45,448 bases of DNA. Origin: a virus. Taxonomy: Duplodnaviria > Caudoviricetes. Shown here piece after piece: positions 43,873-45,448 of this stretch (the stretch's first letter is position 1; every line of letters starts with the position of its first letter). The stretch lies in IMG/VR virus record IMGVR_UViG_3300032253_000003, positions 1 through 45,448 of that record. One strand, given 5' to 3'. The translations under genes and the position numbers were made by a program. The notes beneath the pieces were generated by a model. That model did not search any database. It saw only the letters and a list, made by a program, of their open reading frames with translations, and was not told the DNA's origin.

Positions 43873-45147
43873 CTAATGTGCATCTGAATATGTTCTATAG
43901 TCGTAATTATCAACTTTCATAAATTGCTGTATCCATGCGGCCCTGACCTTCCCTATTTGCCCATGCCGGTTTTTACAAACATTGATTTCCATGACGCCTT
44001 TTTCTTGTGTATCAGGATTATAAACTTCGTCCCTGTAGAGCGTCATAATCACATCAGCTTCTTTTTCAATCTCTGAGCTATTCGCAAGCGTTCCCATAGA
44101 TGGCCGTTTATCAGCTAATTTCTCCACATCACGGTTAACCTGAGCCAATGCTATTACCGGTATATTTAAATCCCTTGCAAGCTCTTTTAAAGCGCATACA
44201 ACGTTACCCACCTGCTCCCACTTAGCCAGCCTCTGGTCAGTCCATTTGATGCGCTGAATATAATCAATATATAAAGCTTTCATGTTGTGCTGGTGTTTCC
44301 ACTTTCTGGCCTGCCTGATAATCTCGACTATAGAAATTCCTGATTTATCGTTAATCCATATATTTTTATTTGATAGTCGCCCGATTGATCCGGTTAATTT
44401 CGTGTACTCAAAATCATCCATCTGGCCGTTACGCATATTCTGAGCGTTAATTTTTCCGTCAATAGCAATTAACCTTAATCCGATTTGCTCCGCCGGCTGT
44501 TCTGCACTAATTAATCCACATGATTCTGAGTGTGCGCTCATCAGGTTTAACAAGAATGCAGTTTTACCCATTGCCGGTCTCGCGCCGACTACATACAAAT
44601 CAGACTCGTGGAAGCCTCCTAGCGTGTCGTCAAGCTGAGTAATACCTGTTGGTATACCTGTGATGCCTTCTTGTTCACTAGCGGCCTCTATTGCGGTTAC
44701 AGCATGGTTTAAAGCCTGCTTTATTGAGTGCTCATGCCTTGCGTTGACCTGATTTAAGTCCATTAGCTCTTTTACGGCCAAATCCAGGCTTTCACCGTCA
44801 CGATCAATTTTTTCTAATAATTCGTTACAAATCTGCTTTGCCTTTCTGTTTCGGCTTTCAGTTTTAACGTGATTTGCATGGGCTGATAAGCTACTAATCC
44901 CCATAGAATCAGATTGAGCCTGTCCACAAATAGCCAGCCACGGATTACCGGCGTGTGATTTATCTAGTTGATTAGAGATTGTGAATATATCAATAACCTT
45001 ATTTTCAACGAACATTTCTAAAATGGTTTCGTAGATTAATCGCATTGATTCAATGTCAAAGTCTTCCGGCTGTAAATCAATACCTTCCAGTTCACTTGGA
45101 TTTTTTAATATCGTACCTACAACCGTTTGTTCAAAGTTTGATTTCAT
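43873..45147 (-). CDS. dnaB: Replicative DNA helicase, DnaB family
   Basis: GARPAMGKT Walker A, IDYIQ, LKELARDLNIPVIALAQVNR, KNRHG; start refined to ATG 45147 (ATGA overlap). Confidence 0.96.
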   Translation of the reverse strand: MKSNFEQTVVGTILKNPSELEGIDLQPEDFDIESMRLIYETILEMFVENKVIDIFTISNQLDKSHAGNPWLAICGQAQSDSMGISSLSAHANHVKTESRNRKAKQICNELLEKIDRDGESLDLAVKELMDLNQVNARHEHSIKQALNHAVTAIEAASEQEGITGIPTGITQLDDTLGGFHESDLYVVGARPAMGKTAFLLNLMSAHSESCGLISAEQPAEQIGLRLIAIDGKINAQNMRNGQMDDFEYTKLTGSIGRLSNKNIWINDKSGISIVEIIRQARKWKHQHNMKALYIDYIQRIKWTDQRLAKWEQVGNVVCALKELARDLNIPVIALAQVNRDVEKLADKRPSMGTLANSSEIEKEADVIMTLYRDEVYNPDTQEKGVMEINVCKNRHGQIGKVRAAWIQQFMKVDNYDYRTYSDAH

Positions 45148-45446
45148 TTCGAGCCTAACTCCCAGCTTGGTGATGTTGTTTGGTTTGGTTGGTTTTTTGT
45201 TTCTCGTGTTTGCCAACTTCTAACCGCTGCTTTCCAGTCTTTCATTTTTGTTTTCCCAACCATCCAGCCGTTTGATACGTAGTAGTTAATAAAAGATTCT
45301 GCATTAACAGAATATCCTTTACTTAAAATATATTCACTCACTTCTGATTTAGAAGGTTTTGCAAAGACGGTTCTTTTCTTTTTATTAACCTTCTCTTCAT
45401 TATTATCATTCTTGTTTGTGGTTACTTGTTGGTTACTTGCTGGTTG
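45144..45446 (-). CDS. Phage replication initiator, C-terminal fragment (open to window end)
   Basis: Frame open to the end: QPASNQQVTTNKNDNN...FINYYVSNGWMVGKTKMKDWKAAVRSW; directly upstream of dnaB. Confidence 0.85.
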   Translation of the reverse strand, partial: QPASNQQVTTNKNDNNEEKVNKKKRTVFAKPSKSEVSEYILSKGYSVNAESFINYYVSNGWMVGKTKMKDWKAAVRSWQTRETKNQPNQTTSPSWELGSK

Positions 45447-45448
45447 TT
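45419..45448. repeat. 11-bp tandem repeats, likely replication-origin iterons
   Basis: TGGTTACTTG(T/C) twice plus partial copy inside initiator gene, next to a strand-biased T-rich tract. Confidence 0.55.

Noticed and set aside
1-45448. Genome-wide amber stop-codon reassignment
   Set aside because: Long genes are intact in the standard code and several end in TAG directly before the next gene; only one internal TAG was noticed.
45419-45448. CRISPR array
   Set aside because: Only short adjacent repeats without spacers; no repeat-spacer array seen in the window.

Overview
The window is an essentially complete, circularly permuted ~45.5 kb tailed phage genome, probably of a gammaproteobacterium. 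Its replication-initiator gene is split across the two ends (N-terminus at 96..1, C-terminus at 45448..45144). It combines lambdoid-type early functions (HTH regulator with divergent promoters, Rad52/Sak, Gp157, SSB, NinG, NinB-, NinX- and Lar-like proteins, initiator plus DnaB) with a podovirus morphogenesis module (TerS/TerL, T7-like portal, scaffold, major capsid, tail tubular A/B, three internal virion proteins, two paralogous fibres and a beta-helix protein). I recognise no integrase, polymerase or classical endolysin. The most unusual elements are: (1) a near-intact GGDEF (SGDEF) diguanylate-cyclase domain with no I-site, plus a HExxH motif, inside the 2077-aa presumed ejection protein; (2) a non-coding RNA island at ~1230-1655 with a canonical hammerhead ribozyme fused to an unrecognised, doubly pseudoknotted RNA; (3) two tRNA-Leu-type scaffolds whose anticodon loops appear expanded to 15-16 nt; (4) structured leaders ahead of an HNH-AP2 gene and the capsid gene. 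All family calls come from motif recognition by eye; no searches or folding programs were run.
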